Positions 9,847 through 19,857 of a stretch of 64,000 nt of DNA are shown piece after piece. The position numbers and the translations under genes were made by a program. Each line of letters starts with the position of its first letter. Within the stretch, counting starts at the first letter, position 1. Origin of the DNA: Bdellovibrionota bacterium (GTDB lineage Bacteria > Bdellovibrionota > UBA1018 > CAIPTA01 > JAALKR01). The notes under the pieces are model-generated. The model saw nothing but the letters and a program-made list of their open reading frames with translations. It was not told where the DNA came from and searched no databases. The DNA is taken from NCBI GenBank assembly GCA_965207455.1, contig CBDBMJ010000003.1, forward strand, positions 416,001 to 480,000. The letters are read 5' to 3'.

Positions 9847-10662
9847 TTGGCAATTAAGAAAATACAAGACAGGGGCATTATTTTAAAATCCCGACGCCAC
9901 AAGGAGCGCGATCGTTTAGTCTCTATCCTAAGCGAGCATCATGGCAAAATCACAGGAATTGCCAAGGGAGCCATTCACTCAAAACGCTTTGCTGGAAGCT
10001 TTGATCTCTGTGCCTGCATTGACTTTTCATTTGTGGAAAAACAAGGGCAAGAATTAACCTTTATAGATAGCGCTTCAGTAAAACATGGATTTATGGGCGT
10101 ACAAAGTAGCTTGGAAAACATAGGAGCCGCCTTCTATTTTCTCGATCTCTGTAATCACCTCACCCAAGATAAGTTGCCAGTAAGAAATATATTTATCCTA
10201 TTGAGCCATTATTTATATCTATTAGAAAAAACTCAGATAAACTACGCCCTGCTTCGCTCCTTTGAAATAAAATTACTGGAGCGCCTAGGATATTCCCCCA
10301 TATTCCATCAATGCGTGGTATCGGGAGAGAAAATTTCATGGGATACCCATGAACAGCTTTTTTCCATTGATAAGGGCGGCACTGTTTCTAGAACACACGC
10401 CTCACCCATGAATATAACCATCTCCAGAGAACTGGTTTCTTGGGTACAAGAGGTACTAAACACACCCATCTTGGAATTACCTAAATTGCAGACGATTCCC
10501 CATAGCACCATTGAGGATGTGGGTTTATTTTTAAAAAAATTTTTATCCTTCCATTGTCCTGGTTTTCGTACCTATACGCTGCCGTCTCAGACTTTTGTGG
10601 AATCCTTGCTAGAAGATTCTAGGGCCCAGTCCACTGCAGCCCTCAAGTCATCAGCAATATAG
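9847..10662 (+). CDS. recO: DNA repair protein RecO
   Basis: GIIL...E.DRLV.ILS..HGKI..IAKGA..SKRF; FEIKLL..LGY.P....C..SG. Confidence 0.92.
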   Translation: MAIKKIQDRGIILKSRRHKERDRLVSILSEHHGKITGIAKGAIHSKRFAGSFDLCACIDFSFVEKQGQELTFIDSASVKHGFMGVQSSLENIGAAFYFLDLCNHLTQDKLPVRNIFILLSHYLYLLEKTQINYALLRSFEIKLLERLGYSPIFHQCVVSGEKISWDTHEQLFSIDKGGTVSRTHASPMNITISRELVSWVQEVLNTPILELPKLQTIPHSTIEDVGLFLKKFLSFHCPGFRTYTLPSQTFVESLLEDSRAQSTAALKSSAI

Positions 10663-11168
10663 TGGGGCTGTCTGTTATGAAACTTTTTTTCGGTACAAAA
10701 ACGCCACTCTGAATCCTTGCCCTTGCCCGTGCGAACCAGTATGGAGGTGGCCCCTATATTTAAACCTGCCTCCACATCGGATAGCTTATCTCCAATAAAA
10801 AAGGATTTCTTGAGATCTATACCCTGTGCCTTAGCAATATTTTCCATGAGCTTTGTCTTGGGCTTTCTACACTCACAATTTTCATCTTCATGGTGAGGGC
10901 AAATAAGAAAATCGTCAATGGAAGTTTGCGCTTTTTGAAGCAGAAGATTATTTAAACGTCTATTAATAAGAGGAAGTGCATCGGGAGAAATCAATCCTCG
11001 AGCAATTCCCGATTGATTGGTCACTACAAAAACTTTGTAGCCATGATCCTTAATACGCTTTATGGCCCGGGCAGCACCTTCGATGAGTTCCATGAGTTCA
11101 GGATTGTTGATATACACCCTGTCGAAATTAATGGTGCCGTCTCTATCGAGAAAAAAAGCACCGTTCAT
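10587..11168 (-). CDS. gmhB: D,D-heptose-1,7-bisphosphate phosphatase (HAD IIIA)
   Basis: FLDRDGTIN, VVTNQSGIARG, CPH...C.CRKP, IGDK.SD; start MNGAF overlaps galE stop (ATGA). Confidence 0.9.
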   Translation of the reverse strand: MNGAFFLDRDGTINFDRVYINNPELMELIEGAARAIKRIKDHGYKVFVVTNQSGIARGLISPDALPLINRRLNNLLLQKAQTSIDDFLICPHHEDENCECRKPKTKLMENIAKAQGIDLKKSFFIGDKLSDVEAGLNIGATSILVRTGKGKDSEWRFCTEKKFHNRQPHYIADDLRAAVDWALESSSKDSTKV

Positions 11169-12136
11169 TGACGTACATTCCAGTCCCAAGCGCTTTTAAT
11201 AATACTATCTAAACTATGCTTGGGTTTCCAGTTCCATAACTGCAAGGCAAGTCCCGGCGCTGCCACCAGTTTTTCCGGGTCACCAGCCCTGCGTGGTCCT
11301 ATGGGGATTTCTCCACAGTTATCTGTTATTCGTCCAATAGCTTTTATTACTTCCAGCACGCTATAACCCTTGCCAGAACCTAAATTTAAAAGAAGGGAGC
11401 CGCTATTTTTTTGTAAATGCTCCAAGGCCATAATATGGGCACGGGCCAAGTCCTCCACATGGATGAAATCTCGAATACAAGTTCCGTCGGGCGTATTATA
11501 ATCATTGCCAAAAATACAAACCTTACCTTGGTTGCGGTTGCTATAAAGTTGGAGTACTCGTGGAATGAGATGGGTTTCCGGCTCATGGAGTTCCCCTAGC
11601 TCACCCTCTGAATCTGCGCCAGCAGCATTGAAGTAGCGAAGTGCTGCAAAGGGAATCTTATGGGTATGATGGTACTGACTAATAATTTCTTCTACAATTT
11701 TTTTTGTGTGCCCGTAGGGATTCACTGGATTTTGAGGGTGATCTTCCGAAAGCTCTCCCTGGGGTTCTCCATATACGGCACAGGAGGAAGAAAATACTAA
11801 GGGCACCTTCGGTGAAAAGGATACCATTGCATCCAATAAATTCAATGTGCCGCCGATATTGTTTCTATAATATAGCCCAGGGTTTTCCACACTCTCCATC
11901 ACACAGCTAAGGTTAGCAAAATGAAAAACTGCCTCCGGCTGAAAGGTCTGAATACAATCTTGAATTTCCTTAGGCTCAAGAAGACAACCTCGATAGAATT
12001 CCCCATACTGTAATAATTTTTCAAATCCAGTGGAAAGGTTGTCGAAATTTAAAACACTATGACCCAATCGAACCAATTGCTTAGCCACATGACTGCCAAT
12101 ATACCCGGCTCCTCCCACTACCAATACCTTGCTCAT
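11165..12136 (-). CDS. galE: UDP-glucose 4-epimerase
   Basis: GGAGYIGSH, FSSSCAVYG, YGHTK, LRYFNAAGA, DGTCIRDFIHV; start set at MSKVLVVGG (ATGA overlap). Confidence 0.95.
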   Translation of the reverse strand: MSKVLVVGGAGYIGSHVAKQLVRLGHSVLNFDNLSTGFEKLLQYGEFYRGCLLEPKEIQDCIQTFQPEAVFHFANLSCVMESVENPGLYYRNNIGGTLNLLDAMVSFSPKVPLVFSSSCAVYGEPQGELSEDHPQNPVNPYGHTKKIVEEIISQYHHTHKIPFAALRYFNAAGADSEGELGELHEPETHLIPRVLQLYSNRNQGKVCIFGNDYNTPDGTCIRDFIHVEDLARAHIMALEHLQKNSGSLLLNLGSGKGYSVLEVIKAIGRITDNCGEIPIGPRRAGDPEKLVAAPGLALQLWNWKPKHSLDSIIKSAWDWNVRQ

Positions 12137-12357
12137 TTTCCCCCTTTTTTTTGTTTTGCCTGCCTGGGGGCATGTTTGTGCAGGAGCTTTTTTACATCTT
12201 CTCCACAACCGCCGCAGCCCGTGTTTGCGTTTGTCGTCTTACGCACTTCCATAAGAGTGGTGGAACCCTCTTTAATGGCAGTTACAATTTCTTCCCGACT
12301 GACAGAGTAACAAAAACAAACTAGATCCTTTCGTTTTTTTCCTTTTTCATTGCCCAT
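12133..12357 (-). CDS. BFD-like [2Fe-2S]-binding protein
   Basis: VCFC..V...EI..AI..G.......T.A.TGCGGC. Confidence 0.88.
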   Translation of the reverse strand: MGNEKGKKRKDLVCFCYSVSREEIVTAIKEGSTTLMEVRKTTNANTGCGGCGEDVKKLLHKHAPRQAKQKKGGK

Positions 12358-12362
12358 TTTTT

Positions 12363-12983
12363 TCAGTCCAAAATTACGGTATTGCTGAGCTCATTTGTGT
12401 CGTCTTTTCTCGGCGGAAAATGGTTTTCCACAATAGCGCCACACTCCTCAATAGTGGTACACATGGAGGAGACTAAGGTTTTTTTACGAATTCCGTCTAT
12501 CAGTTTATCCAGCACCGCTTGCCAGTCTTCCTGATCTACTTTCGCTTGGATTCCAGTGTCGCAAAGTATTCTTGCTTTCCTTTCTAGGAGTGAAATAAAA
12601 ATCAAAATACCCGTGCGCTCCCTTGTTTTGGAAACTCCATGGGTCCAGAACGCTTCCAAGGCCCGTTGGTACACCTCTTCCTCCTTTTTATATTCAGCCA
12701 AAAAGAATCGCTTTAAAAAAGAAATCTGACTGAGTAGGTAGCCCGCATACAAGCTTGGGAACTGAGAGGTTAAAATCCATAGAGGCTCTAGAGTAGAGAA
12801 AGTGTAAAGGAGAAAGCTGGATAGGAGGGAGAAGGCCACGGCCATTCTCCAGCGCGCGCCGGGATAGTCGTCACTTTCTTGAAGAATGACGGGAACTATT
12901 TCTCCAGCACATTTTTTTTCCACCTGAGCCACACAGTCTTCAATTTGTTTTTTTTCTGCTTCAGAAAGCCTACCAACCGCCAC
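12363..12983 (-). CDS. TPM-domain membrane protein
   Basis: E..I...V..VE....GEIVPV; T..RTGILIFISL.E....I.CD.GI; FP...DD.NEL.N; likely GTG start at 12983 after GGAGG. Confidence 0.85.
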   Translation of the reverse strand: MAVGRLSEAEKKQIEDCVAQVEKKCAGEIVPVILQESDDYPGARWRMAVAFSLLSSFLLYTFSTLEPLWILTSQFPSLYAGYLLSQISFLKRFFLAEYKKEEEVYQRALEAFWTHGVSKTRERTGILIFISLLERKARILCDTGIQAKVDQEDWQAVLDKLIDGIRKKTLVSSMCTTIEECGAIVENHFPPRKDDTNELSNTVILD

Positions 12984-13722
12984 TAGCACCTCCTCCAGAA
13001 AAACCGCCGCCGCCACCGCCGAAGCCGCCGCCACCAAAACCGCCGCCAAAGCCGCCCCTGCCGCCAAGGCCACCCATGAGTACACTTCCTAAAAGCAAGC
13101 CGTTTACAAGGCCTCCTCTCCTGCCGCGTTTACCGAGAACACGGGGTAAGATGGCAAAAAGCAAAAAGAAAAGGAAGAAAATATTTCCCACCCCTCCACG
13201 ATGGCGACGACCACGAGAGGCGCGCCTGCTTGTTGTGGAAATACCCAAATCACGCCCCAGTTTTTTTGCCACTAATGCTAATCCCATTTGTATGCCTGTG
13301 AAAAACTGCCCTTGCTTAAAGTACGGCTCCATACCCTCTCGAATAATTCGCCCCACGAAAGCGTCGGGAAGATCTCCTTCCAAACCCCCACCCACCTCTA
13401 GGCGTATTTTTCTTTCCTTTACGGCCATAAGAAATAGCACACCGTCGTCCCTTTTTTTATCTCCCAGGGCCCACTTCTCTAAAACCTTTATGGAGTAGCT
13501 TTCCAAATTCTCACCCTCTAAGGACGGAATAATAAGAACACGCACCTGAGGACCCTGGTTTCTTTGTAGGACTTGTAGCTTTGCGCTTAACGTTTGCTTT
13601 TCTGCCCTGGAAAGAAGTTTAGCCTTGTCTACCACAAATCCTGAATTTGTGGGCACGTCCAAAGCAAAAGCTCCGTTGCTAAACAGAGGGAGTAGAAAAC
13701 AAAAAATAAATAGCCTGGGCAT
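12970..13722 (-). CDS. TPM-domain (YgcG-family) protein with Gly-rich tail
   Basis: VVD.A.LLS, SLEGE.LE.YS, G.K.RDDGVL, R.IRLEVG.GLEG.LPD, GGGGGFSGGGASGGW. Confidence 0.9.
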   Translation of the reverse strand: MPRLFIFCFLLPLFSNGAFALDVPTNSGFVVDKAKLLSRAEKQTLSAKLQVLQRNQGPQVRVLIIPSLEGENLESYSIKVLEKWALGDKKRDDGVLFLMAVKERKIRLEVGGGLEGDLPDAFVGRIIREGMEPYFKQGQFFTGIQMGLALVAKKLGRDLGISTTSRRASRGRRHRGGVGNIFFLFFLLFAILPRVLGKRGRRGGLVNGLLLGSVLMGGLGGRGGFGGGFGGGGFGGGGGGFSGGGASGGW

Positions 13723-13724
13723 AA

Positions 13725-14333
13725 TTACAGATCTACTTTAGGCGCATCTTTTAGCTTTTCGATATTTTCCACTGCAAACTGAGGCTTCTTTTTAAACTTT
13801 AAAAAAAGAGAGTTGAACCAGGATTCGGGAGGCACGGTGATATAATTATTATAAACTTTTATGGTTTCAATATACCTACGTCGAGCAATGGCCACCCGAT
13901 TTTCCGTTCCTTCCAACTGCACCTGAAGATCCCTGAAATTTTGATTGGCCTTAAGGTCTGGATACTTTTCCACCACTACCATTAAACGGGATAAAGCACT
14001 GGAGAGAGCGCCCTGGGCTTGTTGCACACGTTGCAGAGAATTTGCATCGAGCTTGTTAAAATTCACCGATGTTTGAGTAGCTTTTGCTCGAGCCTCCACC
14101 ACAGCCTGTAGGGTGTCCTTTTCATGTTTTGCATACGCTTTTACTGTTCTCACAAGATTGGGTATTAAATCTATACGACGCTTATACTGGTTTTGTACCT
14201 CTGCCCAAGAAGCCTCCACTTCGTTATGGGACGTGGGAATACTACGCATGCCACACCCAGAGAGCAAAAGAGTTAGGGTAACGGTTAGGACAAGAAATAA
14301 AGTTCGTACAGGATAGAAAAACAATTGAATCAT
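13725..14333 (-). CDS. lemA: LemA family lipoprotein
   Basis: LSGC lipobox; W..V.NQY.RR.DLIPNLV, E.YPDLKAN.NF..LQ.QLEGTENR...AR..Y. Confidence 0.93.
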   Translation of the reverse strand: MIQLFFYPVRTLFLVLTVTLTLLLSGCGMRSIPTSHNEVEASWAEVQNQYKRRIDLIPNLVRTVKAYAKHEKDTLQAVVEARAKATQTSVNFNKLDANSLQRVQQAQGALSSALSRLMVVVEKYPDLKANQNFRDLQVQLEGTENRVAIARRRYIETIKVYNNYITVPPESWFNSLFLKFKKKPQFAVENIEKLKDAPKVDL

Positions 14334-14388
14334 AAGATTTGGTTTAACAAGAAATAGACGGGGAAACAAGTCATTAAGCCCAATAGAT

Positions 14389-16119
14389 TCAAACATTTTC
14401 TTGCAACGATAGGGAGCGAGCGTATGCGCCATTTTTCTTTACAAGTTCAGTGTGCTTTCCCTGCTCCAGCACCCTTCCATCTTCGATAACCACAATGTGA
14501 TCTGCCTTACGGATGGTGGAAAGACGATGAGCCACGACTAGTGCGGTGCGCCCTTTGAGGAGTTGGTCAATTCCCGACTGTACCAGTTGTTCGTTTTCCG
14601 TATCCAGAGCAGAAGTGGCTTCATCCAGAAGAAGCACAGGAGTGTTTTTTAAAAACGCCCGGGCAATGGATAGGCGCTGGCACTCTCCCACAGAAAGCTT
14701 TTGTCCCCGATCTCCAATTTGAGTATTGAGCTGATTGGGCAAGCGCTCAATAAATTTCCACGCTTGGGCAGCCTTGCTGGCATCGATAATTTCACTTTCC
14801 ATACTTTGGAAATTACCGGCACGGATATTATTGCGAATGGAATCATGAAAGAGAAAAATGTCTTGGGTTACGATGGACATCTGATCCCTTACACTGGAAA
14901 TTTTATATTTTCGAATGTCCACACCATCAATGGTAATAGCACCAGCGTCTGGGTCGAAAAAACGGGGAATTAAACTCAATATAGTTGTTTTTCCCGATCC
15001 ACTGGGTCCCACCAGAGCCACCATCTCACCCTTATTAATGGTGAGGTTAAAGTCCTTGAGTATACTCTGACCATTGTTATAACTAAAGGAAACATTTCGA
15101 AATTCAATGGCTGTTTTTATTCTAGGTACTTCAAGGGCGCCAGTCATGTCCACAATGTCTGGATCCTCGTCAAATACCCGAAAAATTCTTTCTGCCGAGG
15201 CTAAACTCTGGTTGAGCTTTATATTTAATTCCCCAAAGTTTCGCATATTGCTGGCTAAAATAACTAAGGAAGCAAGAACAGCCACAACCACACCTGGGCT
15301 TGTTCCCCCATGAATCACAGCGTAACCACCATAAGATAGAACAATAACGGAGCCTGCGCCCGCAATTACTTCCATGCCCGGTCTTGCCAGTTCCTCTAAG
15401 CGAGTTGTTTTTATAATTCGACGACTCAATTCCCGATTGCGAACCATGAACTGACTTCGCATAAAATTTTCCAGATTAAATCCCTTAATCACACGCATGC
15501 CAGTAACAGTTTCCAACAATATCGAGGACAAATCGGCTAGAGACTCCTGCACTTTCAAAGCATAGCGCTTCACACGCTTACCCGCAAAACCCAAAAGAGC
15601 TCCCACGAGAGGAAGAATCGCCATGGATAGGAGGGCAAGCTTCCAGTTTAAAATAAAAATATAGGTTAGGGTAAAGGTGAAAATGAGCGGCTCACAGATC
15701 AACTTACTAAGGCTCGCAATCCCAACATTTAATTCGTTCACATCTAGAATTACACGAGAAAGGAGCGTTCCTCCCCGGGCTTCACTAAAATAACCAAGAG
15801 ATAGGCGCATAATGTGCTGGTAAAGGTTATTGCGTAGTCTTTGAATAATGCGAACTGCGGTGGCTCGCATAATATAATTATGAAGAAAGCGAACAAAAAA
15901 ACTAACAATCAAAATAGATAAAAATGCTAAAGGCATCCAAGAAAGGGCGTCTTGGTTTTTATTTATTAAAATTTCATCCACAAAATATTCAAACCCCTTT
16001 ACTAGACTCACCCGCAGGGCTGCAATGGGAACCGCTAGGATACTCACCAGCAAAATTGCGGGCCAATGGGGCTTGATGTATGGAAGTAATCGAAGGAGCG
16101 TATTTCGATTTTTTAACAT
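14389..16119 (-). CDS. ABC exporter, MsbA-like (TMD + NBD)
   Basis: Six TM segments; GPSGSGKT, LSVGECQR signature variant, LLLDEATSALD, AHRLST. Confidence 0.9.
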   Translation of the reverse strand: MLKNRNTLLRLLPYIKPHWPAILLVSILAVPIAALRVSLVKGFEYFVDEILINKNQDALSWMPLAFLSILIVSFFVRFLHNYIMRATAVRIIQRLRNNLYQHIMRLSLGYFSEARGGTLLSRVILDVNELNVGIASLSKLICEPLIFTFTLTYIFILNWKLALLSMAILPLVGALLGFAGKRVKRYALKVQESLADLSSILLETVTGMRVIKGFNLENFMRSQFMVRNRELSRRIIKTTRLEELARPGMEVIAGAGSVIVLSYGGYAVIHGGTSPGVVVAVLASLVILASNMRNFGELNIKLNQSLASAERIFRVFDEDPDIVDMTGALEVPRIKTAIEFRNVSFSYNNGQSILKDFNLTINKGEMVALVGPSGSGKTTILSLIPRFFDPDAGAITIDGVDIRKYKISSVRDQMSIVTQDIFLFHDSIRNNIRAGNFQSMESEIIDASKAAQAWKFIERLPNQLNTQIGDRGQKLSVGECQRLSIARAFLKNTPVLLLDEATSALDTENEQLVQSGIDQLLKGRTALVVAHRLSTIRKADHIVVIEDGRVLEQGKHTELVKKNGAYARSLSLQENV

Positions 16120-16131
16120 GTGCTGGAACCC

Positions 16132-17070
16132 TTACTTTTGGGAAAGACTCTCGGACACAATACGGTACTTGTCGTTGCGTAATTGCAGGTAGAGTGTCTT
16201 CCTTCCCCTTACCTCGAAGGCTGTTTTACCATCAGGACGAGTGGATCGGTAGTACTGATTGAAGGTGACAAGATCATATTTCTCATGAAAATAAAATTTC
16301 ACATTCTCCATCCCCACCTCAATGGTCTGATAGAGCTTATTGAGGTTCTTCTTTTTCCGGTAGTACTGAATCCGATTGAGACCGTCATAGATGAACTCGT
16401 AGGCGTATGAGTCGATATATCGCTCTAAATCCTTGGAGGACCAGGCAGTCGACCATCGCTGTATAAAGTCTTTTAGTCGCTTTTGACGCGGACTATTAAT
16501 CACATGCTCTATGTTTTCCGTAACGATAACAAGGGTTTTTTTAGTTTGCACATAAGGCCATATACTCTCTATTTGCTCATTGCTTAACACTACGCATCCT
16601 TTGCTGTCGTATTTTTTTTGGAGACGTGCCGGATCATTGGTGCCATGAATCAAGATATCGAACCCTGTTTTATGCCCCCGCCTATCCAATACGTTCGGAT
16701 AGCCCAAATACAGCGCCATGGATCCAAACTTTGGTTTTAATCCCGTGGACGGCAACGATCGAAACTTTATGAGATAAATGCCATTGGGAGTTTTTAAATC
16801 CCCCTCTACGAGCTTATCCCCCTGGACTTGTCCAAGGGTGGTGGGAAATGTTTTAAATGAAGTGAGGCTTAGGCCGTCCTTGCTGTGACGGGTGAGGTGG
16901 AGTTGGTTGGTTTTTTTATCCACTACGATGATGACCTCTTCTGGCTGTTTTCCCGGCTGTTTCTTTGGCTTTTCTGTTGGCTTATCTTTTGTCGCATAAA
17001 TGGGATCAGCAGGGAGTGCCACAAGGATGAGGAAAAAGAGAAAAAATATGAATCGAGTTATCACTACCAC
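16132..17070 (-). CDS. L,D-transpeptidase/carboxypeptidase (YkuD) with C-terminal NTF2-like domain (Csd6/Pgp2/Bd1075-type)
   Basis: GDK..EGD.KTP.G.Y, YPN..D, IHG...SKGCV catalytic His/Cys; W..AW...D...Y...Y...F and F.Q.Y.S......K.LY......IV.E NTF2 pattern. Confidence 0.85.
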   Translation of the reverse strand: MVVITRFIFFLFFLILVALPADPIYATKDKPTEKPKKQPGKQPEEVIIVVDKKTNQLHLTRHSKDGLSLTSFKTFPTTLGQVQGDKLVEGDLKTPNGIYLIKFRSLPSTGLKPKFGSMALYLGYPNVLDRRGHKTGFDILIHGTNDPARLQKKYDSKGCVVLSNEQIESIWPYVQTKKTLVIVTENIEHVINSPRQKRLKDFIQRWSTAWSSKDLERYIDSYAYEFIYDGLNRIQYYRKKKNLNKLYQTIEVGMENVKFYFHEKYDLVTFNQYYRSTRPDGKTAFEVRGRKTLYLQLRNDKYRIVSESLSQK

Positions 17071-17144
17071 TTAGATTAAGAACCTTATTTTATTTTGTCA
17101 ATATAATGGAAAGGAGTATACAAAGAGAGTGGAAAGGAATTTTT

Positions 17145-18032
17145 ATGCCTGCACCAATACGGATCAGTGGATTTACATTTATACGCAACGGGCAAAAATT
17201 TTACTATCCCTTTGAAGAGTGTATCCGCTCCATGGCACCTGTATGCGACGAAATAATCGTAAACGTGGGAAAAGGGGAGGATCAAACCCTAGAGGTGGTG
17301 CAGAAACTCTCTCAGGAAATACCAAAAATTCGAATTATAGAAAATACCTGGGACGAAAGCCTACGGGAAGGTGGTAGGGCACTTGCCCACCAAACGGATC
17401 TGGCCCTAGCCCAGTGTCGGGGAAAATGGGGCCTTTACCTCCAGGCCGACGAAGTTCTCCATGAGGACGATCTGTCCAAAATACAACAATCCACACGGGA
17501 GGCAGAGAAACAGGATCATATCGACGGGTTACTTTTCAATTACCTGCACTTTTATGGTCACTACTCCATACTGAACCAGAGTCCGTCGAATTACCGAAGA
17601 GAGGTGCGACTGGTGCGTCTCGATCGAAAAGTATTTTCTTACCGGGATGCCCAAGGTTTTCGTATCGACGACGGATCTCCCAAGGGGAGAAAGCTGCGAG
17701 TCCGATGGGCAAATGCCAGGATTTTCCATTACGGTTGGGTGCGACCCCCTCGAATTATGAAAGAAAAAACACTGGCCATTCGCAATTACCACCAAGAGGC
17801 CAACGATACGGGAGATAGCTATACCTACCGTAATGTCTACGGTTTGAAACTCTATGATGGTTCCCATCCTAAGTGCATGGAGAAACGTATCGGTGCCAGA
17901 GCTGGGGAAAAGGTAACCCTAACGTTACAACGAAGATTTTCTTTGAAAGATATGGGGAAAATAATTCGTAGCTATTGTGTGAAGCTCACGGGTTGGCTTC
18001 CCTTTGAATACCGCAACTATCGCTTGGACTAA
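17145..18032 (+). CDS. Glycosyltransferase family 2
   Basis: ISGFTFIRN, CDEIIV.VG..ED.T, YLQADEV, HYGWVR. Confidence 0.85.
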   Translation: MPAPIRISGFTFIRNGQKFYYPFEECIRSMAPVCDEIIVNVGKGEDQTLEVVQKLSQEIPKIRIIENTWDESLREGGRALAHQTDLALAQCRGKWGLYLQADEVLHEDDLSKIQQSTREAEKQDHIDGLLFNYLHFYGHYSILNQSPSNYRREVRLVRLDRKVFSYRDAQGFRIDDGSPKGRKLRVRWANARIFHYGWVRPPRIMKEKTLAIRNYHQEANDTGDSYTYRNVYGLKLYDGSHPKCMEKRIGARAGEKVTLTLQRRFSLKDMGKIIRSYCVKLTGWLPFEYRNYRLD

Positions 18033-18709
18033 TGGGAATGGCGACTTTTTAGAACCTGGTGCTGGGTCTGCTGCTTTAGGTATTCGTAGGATTGGCATCC
18101 TTCGGCAACAAGAAGAACCGTAAGCCCAAGGGCGTCGCCCACCTCCCCATCATGGTCCGTGTCTCCAACAAAAATTGTTTTTTCAGGAGGAAAACCAGAG
18201 GTGGCTAACAGTTCTTTTCCCCGGGCGAGCTTACTTTTTGTGTATTTTTCCGGGCTGCCAAAGATATGTTGAAAGTATTCCTGTATTTGAAATTGAGGCA
18301 ATATATAATCTAGGTGCGCTTGTTCTGCTAGAGATAGGATGGCTTGCTTGGAACCCAGGTCATGGATTGTTTTTAGTAGCGCCTTTGTGCCAGCAAAGAG
18401 TCCCGTCTCCGCAATGCGTTTTTCATATTTTATTAAAAAATCGTCGGAAAGGGTGGAAAAGGAAATTTTAGAGAAGTCAAAACCCAAGCGCTCATAGTAC
18501 GCAGAGACGGGAAAACAAAACTTATTGCGACAATCCTCTGGCGTGGGAACAGGGAGGCTGTGCTGCTCCAGTTGCGCCTTTAGTACTGAAAAAATAAGAG
18601 AGAAGTCATCTAAAAGGGTGCCGTTCCAATCCCATATAATATATTCAAAAGATTGTATTTTTGCTAATAATTCTTGGGGAATTTGATCCTTATTGCTATG
18701 GGTTTGCAT
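18029..18709 (-). CDS. HAD-family hydrolase (phosphoglycolate phosphatase-like)
   Basis: IIWDWNGTL, VGDT.HD; start MQTH after GAGGAG. Confidence 0.88.
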   Translation of the reverse strand: MQTHSNKDQIPQELLAKIQSFEYIIWDWNGTLLDDFSLIFSVLKAQLEQHSLPVPTPEDCRNKFCFPVSAYYERLGFDFSKISFSTLSDDFLIKYEKRIAETGLFAGTKALLKTIHDLGSKQAILSLAEQAHLDYILPQFQIQEYFQHIFGSPEKYTKSKLARGKELLATSGFPPEKTIFVGDTDHDGEVGDALGLTVLLVAEGCQSYEYLKQQTQHQVLKSRHSH

Positions 18710-19853
18710 AGTCCTCCTCGTGTACCACTCCACGGATCCATCCCCCACCGAGCACACGATCGCCGTTGTAAATAACAGCAGCTTGACCGGGAGTAATGGC
18801 TCTTTGTGGTTCTTGAAACTCAATGCATACTTGGTTGCCAGCATAGTTTTGCACCCGAGCTTGCGTGGGCTTCTGTTGGGACCGCACCCGTACCAGCACG
18901 TCCTTGCCTAAAAAACAATCGTCTGCGACCATCCAATTGAACTTGTCCACAATAAATTTTGTGTGTAAAAGTGCCTTCTCGTATCCTAGGGAAACGGTAT
19001 TTTTGTCCGAATCAATTTTACTCACATAGAGATCGCTGGGGTCTAAATTTATTTTCGTTGCCATTCGGTATACAGAATTGGGAATTCCTTTTCTCTGCCC
19101 TATGGTGAAGCGATGTACTCCTCCAGGAGCGTTTAGCACAGAACCGTCGGGTAAAATAAAATCCACATTTTTCTTGATCAGATCGGGTGCCACCCTTTGC
19201 TCTATAAATTTTGCGTAACCAGCACTACCCACAAAGCAAATTTCCTGACTGTCGGGTTTTTTAGAAACACGGAGTAGACCAAACTCTTCTGCCATTTTTC
19301 GAACCTGTATTTTTCGCAAATCCCCTAGGGGCATAATTGTGTGGGATAGTTGTTCTTGGGTAAGCCCAAATAAATAATAACTTTGGTCTTTATGCTCGTC
19401 TGCGGCCTGTAAAATTCCAAAACGGTTTTCTTCTTTATCGTGGTAGATTTTAGCGTAGTGGCCAGTGGCTACATAGTTTGCACCCAGTTCCTTTGCTTTT
19501 TTTAAGAGGAAGTCGAACTTTATATAGTTATTGCACAGTACGCATGGATTGGGCGTTCGACCATTGAGGTACTCACTGACAAAATTATCAATAACAAAAG
19601 CATCAAACTCATCCACCGCATTGACAACAAAATGGGGAACATCTAAGGATGCACAAACCCGGCGTGCGTCGTCCATATCGGAGATGGAACAGCAACTGTC
19701 AAAGCGTTCCTTTTCATCCTTGCTTGCATCAAACGTTTGTACGGACATTCCAATAATATCATATCCCTGGAGCTGTAAAATAGCGGCAGCAACGGAACTG
19801 TCCACGCCACCGCTCATGGCAACCACCACTTTTTTTCCTTCCCCGATTTTCAT
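18696..19853 (-). CDS. mnmA: tRNA 2-thiouridylase
   Basis: AMSGGVDSSV, G.TPNPC..CN..IKF, ATGHYA, KDQSY, DSQEICF, TIGQRKG, TPGQ. Confidence 0.97.
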   Translation of the reverse strand: MKIGEGKKVVVAMSGGVDSSVAAAILQLQGYDIIGMSVQTFDASKDEKERFDSCCSISDMDDARRVCASLDVPHFVVNAVDEFDAFVIDNFVSEYLNGRTPNPCVLCNNYIKFDFLLKKAKELGANYVATGHYAKIYHDKEENRFGILQAADEHKDQSYYLFGLTQEQLSHTIMPLGDLRKIQVRKMAEEFGLLRVSKKPDSQEICFVGSAGYAKFIEQRVAPDLIKKNVDFILPDGSVLNAPGGVHRFTIGQRKGIPNSVYRMATKINLDPSDLYVSKIDSDKNTVSLGYEKALLHTKFIVDKFNWMVADDCFLGKDVLVRVRSQQKPTQARVQNYAGNQVCIEFQEPQRAITPGQAAVIYNGDRVLGGGWIRGVVHEEDYANP

Positions 19854-19857
19854 AAAT

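Noticed and set aside
12975..13075. GC-rich (CCGCCG/CCACCG)n repeat-like tract
   Set aside because: Simply encodes the Gly-rich tail of the YgcG/TPM protein; not a CRISPR array or mobile repeat.
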